From an uncultured Gammaproteobacteria bacterium (GTDB lineage Bacteria; Patescibacteriota; Microgenomatia; Woykebacterales; RBG-16-39-9b), in the NCBI GenBank assembly GCA_965231125.1, contig OZ246414.1:709924-755439 (forward strand): a DNA stretch of 45,516 nt, written 5' to 3'. The position numbers were made by a program, and so were the translations under genes. Positions 43,538-45,516 of this stretch are shown here, piece after piece (position 1 is the first letter of the stretch; the number at the start of each line of letters is the position of its first letter). Below the pieces are notes generated by a model that saw only the letters and a list, made by a program, of their open reading frames with translations, had not been told where the DNA came from and did not search any database.

Positions 43538-43852
43538 ATGCAAACTGATCTAAACGCGGTGACTTTTCGTGTTAGTCTAGTCGATCAACTGAGATCGATA
43601 CTGTCCAAAGACCCTTGGGATCCACGCGGCAACCCGGTCGCCCGCTGTATCGCGAGAACTTTGAAAGTTCCTCTGACGAGCGTCGCCGTGCACTACTTGT
43701 TTGCCAGAATTGGGTCCAGAGAAATACGACTAAGTGTAGCAACGTCGGACCTTTGTGACTGGCTGTTTCAGTGGAATGAGCGAAAGTTCCCGTTTCAGCG
43801 ACCGATCAGTTTTCGCTACGATCCAGCCGAACAACAGCTAATCGCAGCTTAA
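43538..43852 (+). CDS. orphan hypothetical protein (GC-richer)
   Basis: 104 aa from ATG at 43538, which is preceded by AAGGAGGAGAG. A terminator lies downstream. The ORF-track start at 43436 has no SD. Confidence 0.5.
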   Translation: MQTDLNAVTFRVSLVDQLRSILSKDPWDPRGNPVARCIARTLKVPLTSVAVHYLFARIGSREIRLSVATSDLCDWLFQWNERKFPFQRPISFRYDPAEQQLIAA

Positions 43853-43862
43853 ACTTGAACCA

Positions 43863-43901
43863 AAGCCCAAACCGATAAAACGGGGGCGGGCTTTTTCTTT
43901 T
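43863..43901 (+). terminator. rho-independent terminator
   Basis: AAGCCC...GGGCTT with inner CCG/CGG pairing, followed by TTTTTCTTTT. Confidence 0.65.
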
Positions 43902-43953
43902 CTGGCAAACTCGCCTGCGCCAAAACTTGGGTAAAGAAACTCTTTGAGAAATC

Positions 43954-43973
43954 TTCCTTCGCTTGAAAGCAAA
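43954..43973 (+). repeat. 20-nt motif TTCCTTCGCTTGAAAGCAAA, copy A
   Basis: The identical 15-nt core TCGCTTGAAAGCAAA recurs at 44512-44531 and 45226-45245 in the same orientation. Confidence 0.85.
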
Positions 43974-43995
43974 TCTCGGATTTACGTTTTAGGGG

Positions 43996-44202
43996 TTAAG
44001 TATTTTGAGTCTCGAAAAAATGGAGAGTCTTGGAAGGAACGCGGTCCTTCACACCAAGTATCTCAATACCAAGTGGCCGACCTTCGCTGTCATAATCAAC
44101 TAAAACTTCATCAGAAAGTTCTTTGGTCACGGCAACCTTACCTTTTTTGTCAGTTAAGTATATGTAAGCCGCGTCGGCTTTTGGATCGTAGCGAACGTTC
44201 AT
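43996..44202 (-). CDS. DUF2283-family protein (putative antitoxin partner)
   Basis: Contains YDPKADAAYIYL...VDYDSEGRPLGIEIL, typical of DUF2283. Confidence 0.8.
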   Translation of the reverse strand: MNVRYDPKADAAYIYLTDKKGKVAVTKELSDEVLVDYDSEGRPLGIEILGVKDRVPSKTLHFFETQNT

Positions 44203-44438
44203 AGCTGCTCCTTAAATTTAGGCTTACTAATCCAATGATTGGTAATGACTATTATATCATTTCCTTCTTTCACAAACACTATTTTCAAAAAGCGTTTATC
44301 AATTTGTTTAATAGCAATTTTGCGGTCTAACCTACCAGGAAATAAAATATCTGGATACTCAATCGTCTGTTTAACTTGTTCTACGGTGATGTCTCTTTCA
44401 ACCAGTCTTTCTTCTGCATGTAAGGTAAATCTAATCAC
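44199..44438 (-). CDS. DUF4258-family protein (putative toxin)
   Basis: The N-terminus FTLHAEERLVERDITVEQV is typical of DUF4258. It has a GTG start and overlaps the DUF2283 gene by 4 nt. Confidence 0.78.
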   Translation of the reverse strand: MIRFTLHAEERLVERDITVEQVKQTIEYPDILFPGRLDRKIAIKQIDKRFLKIVFVKEGNDIIVITNHWISKPKFKEQL

Positions 44439-44469
44439 AAAAAGATTTTAACTTTCAGATTTACGGAAA

Positions 44470-44506
44470 GCAAGCTTTGCTTTAGTCGAAGACGCAAGCT
44501 TTGCTT
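44470..44506. repeat. two perfect 13-nt direct repeats GCAAGCTTTGCTT (24-nt period)
   Basis: Copies at 44470-44482 and 44494-44506. Each is nearly palindromic around AAGCTT, and they overlap the predicted -35 of the DUF4258 operon. Confidence 0.85.
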
Positions 44507-44511
44507 ATCTT

Positions 44512-44531
44512 TTCCCTCGCTTGAAAGCAAA
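44512..44531 (+). repeat. 20-nt motif TTCCCTCGCTTGAAAGCAAA, copy B
   Basis: Same 15-nt core as copies A and C, 10 nt upstream of the -35 of the RHH-PIN promoter. Confidence 0.85.
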
Positions 44532-44541
44532 TTTATTTTCA

Positions 44542-44570
44542 TTGACAAGTTTATCTTAATAAGATATTAT
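44542..44570 (+). promoter_or_regulatory. consensus promoter TTGACA-17-TATTAT of the RHH-PIN pair
   Basis: -35 at 44542-44547 and -10 at 44565-44570, 8 nt from the ATG at 44579. Confidence 0.65.
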
Positions 44571-44578
44571 TACACTGT

Positions 44579-44818
44579 ATGAAAAATATCTCCAGGAACA
44601 CAGAAGTAATTTCCATTTCTTTACCAAAAGAAACTGCCGAGAAACTTGAAAAAGCCAGAGGCTATCGTGGTCAGTCTCGCAGCGCTCTTATCACAGCCTT
44701 GATTGATAAAGAAGTTGAGGAAGAACGCTGGCAGAAAATCTACAGAAGAGGCCGAGAAACTGCAAAACACTTGAAAATAACCAGCGAAGACGACATCGAT
44801 CGCCTCTTACATGAGTGA
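44579..44818 (+). CDS. ribbon-helix-helix (CopG-like) antitoxin
   Basis: The N-terminal beta-strand plus helices (VISISLPKETAEKLEKAR...SRSALITALI) fit an RHH fold. It overlaps the PIN gene by 8 nt. Confidence 0.75.
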   Translation: MKNISRNTEVISISLPKETAEKLEKARGYRGQSRSALITALIDKEVEEERWQKIYRRGRETAKHLKITSEDDIDRLLHE

Positions 44819-45221
44819 TAGACTTAAAGTAGTTTTCGACACCAACATTTACATTTCCGCGATAGTTTTTGGTGGACCCCCACAAATTTGCTTAGAAGCA
44901 GCTCACGGTGGTAAAATTGAGCTTTGCACATCAAAGGCAATTCTTTTGGAATTATCGAACAAGTTAAGAGAAAAGTTTGGTTGGAGCGAAGAAGATATAA
45001 AAGAAGTACTGGTCGGTATTTCAAAATTTGTACAGGTTACTACTCCAAAAATAAGTGTAGCTGTAATCAAAGACAACCCCGCCGACAACAGAATTTTAGA
45101 AGCAGTGCTGGAAGCACAAGCAGATTTTCTAGTTTCTGGAGACAAAAAGCATATCCTGCCGTTAAAAACCTTTCGCAAGGCAAAAATAATTACAGCCGCC
45201 GAATTTTTAAATCTTCTTTAA
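44811..45221 (+). CDS. PIN-domain toxin (PIN_3/TIGR00305-like)
   Basis: Contains VVFDTNIYISAIVFGG and FLVSGDKKHILPL. Confidence 0.85.
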   Translation: MSDRLKVVFDTNIYISAIVFGGPPQICLEAAHGGKIELCTSKAILLELSNKLREKFGWSEEDIKEVLVGISKFVQVTTPKISVAVIKDNPADNRILEAVLEAQADFLVSGDKKHILPLKTFRKAKIITAAEFLNLL

Positions 45222-45225
45222 CTTT

Positions 45226-45245
45226 TTCCTTCGCTTGAAAGCAAA
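45226..45245 (+). repeat. 20-nt motif TTCCTTCGCTTGAAAGCAAA, copy C
   Basis: Identical to copy A. It lies between the convergent PIN and SET genes. Confidence 0.85.
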
Positions 45246-45250
45246 ATTTG

Positions 45251-45516
45251 TTACTTCCCACCTTCGAAAGGGGGGATATCTTTCCATAACGGGCTCTTAT
45301 CTTTGGGATCTCCATTGTTATAGTTAACGGTAATCTCTTCACCTTTCTTTATATTTTTAATGGCTTTAAACTCTAATAGTTTTTCTTTTGAAATATATTT
45401 ATAGGTAGTGTTTGGTTCGTATGAATGATTGTAGAGAGAACCAAAACCCAAAGCTATGACAAGCATGTCCTTGTCATCGTCAAAAGAAAAATAATACTTC
45501 ACCAGGATACTTTCCT
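45251..45516 (-). CDS. SET-domain protein, C-terminal part (continues past right edge)
   Basis: NHSYEPN (NHSCxPN-like) and EEITVNYN motifs. The reading frame stays open upstream of the ORF-track GTG to the window end. Confidence 0.7.
   Translation of the reverse strand, partial: ESILVKYYFSFDDDKDMLVIALGFGSLYNHSYEPNTTYKYISKEKLLEFKAIKNIKKGEEITVNYNNGDPKDKSPLWKDIPPFEGGK

Noticed and set aside
43944-44204. 86-aa + strand ORF overlapping the DUF2283 gene
   Set aside because: The minus-strand translation carries the recognisable DUF2283 signature and is coupled to DUF4258. The + ORF has no support.
43954-45245. Integron-like attC sites at the TA cassette borders
   Set aside because: The 20-nt motif lacks the paired RYYYAAC / GTTRRRY inverted cores of attC. 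Only one chance GTTAAGT occurs near copy A. Cassettes are in mixed orientation with their own promoters, and no intI is present. It is kept only as a generic border motif.
1-45516. CRISPR arrays, cas genes, reverse transcriptases/DGRs, transposases, integrases
   Set aside because: No regularly spaced direct repeats with unique spacers were seen on either strand. No ORF shows RT (YxDD), DDE/HUH transposase or tyrosine/serine recombinase motifs. The repeats found occur as only two or three copies separated by genes.

Overview
45.5-kb chromosomal window from a compact, moderately AT-rich bacterium. Gene content suggests a Patescibacteria/CPR-like genome, which is inference only: tight housekeeping operons, a shortened RF1, cohesin/dockerin surface proteins, many toxin-antitoxin pairs and little biosynthesis. 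About 60 protein genes and one tRNA-Leu(CAA) are supported. The housekeeping backbone comprises a Kef-type antiporter, rluD, lgt, pepA, pepP, efp, dnaB, hisS, rpmE-prfA-prmC, htrA, purC-purE fusion, purB, ctpA, rpsF-ssb-rpsR, ychF, two ABC exporters, a MarR regulator and a DEAD-box helicase. This backbone is interrupted by small, GC-richer single-gene or few-gene islets with their own consensus promoters, strong SD sites and clean terminators, and no recombinase is visible. There are four toxin-antitoxin modules: HicBA, VapB-like/VapC, DUF4258/DUF2283 and RHH/PIN. The most interesting unexplained signal is a ~190-205-nt non-coding element in two copies (24700-24903 and 32439-32625). It has a long closing helix, a compensatory base-pair change between copies and, in copy 1, a plausible divergent promoter, so it is either a candidate new structured RNA or a structured non-autonomous element. 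Other notable points:
- A PAICS-like PurC-PurE fusion.
- An in-frame GC-rich palindromic insert in rluD.
- A recurrent leaderless promoter architecture, with the -10 box 8-11 nt from the ATG at eight genes.
- A translationally coupled operon of an actin-fold-like protein, an unknown protein and CtpA.
- A cohesin-dockerin gene pair.
- A 20-nt motif repeated at the borders of the TA cassettes.
No CRISPR array, transposase, integrase or reverse transcriptase was seen. All product calls rest on motifs I recognise in the translations, because no searches could be run.
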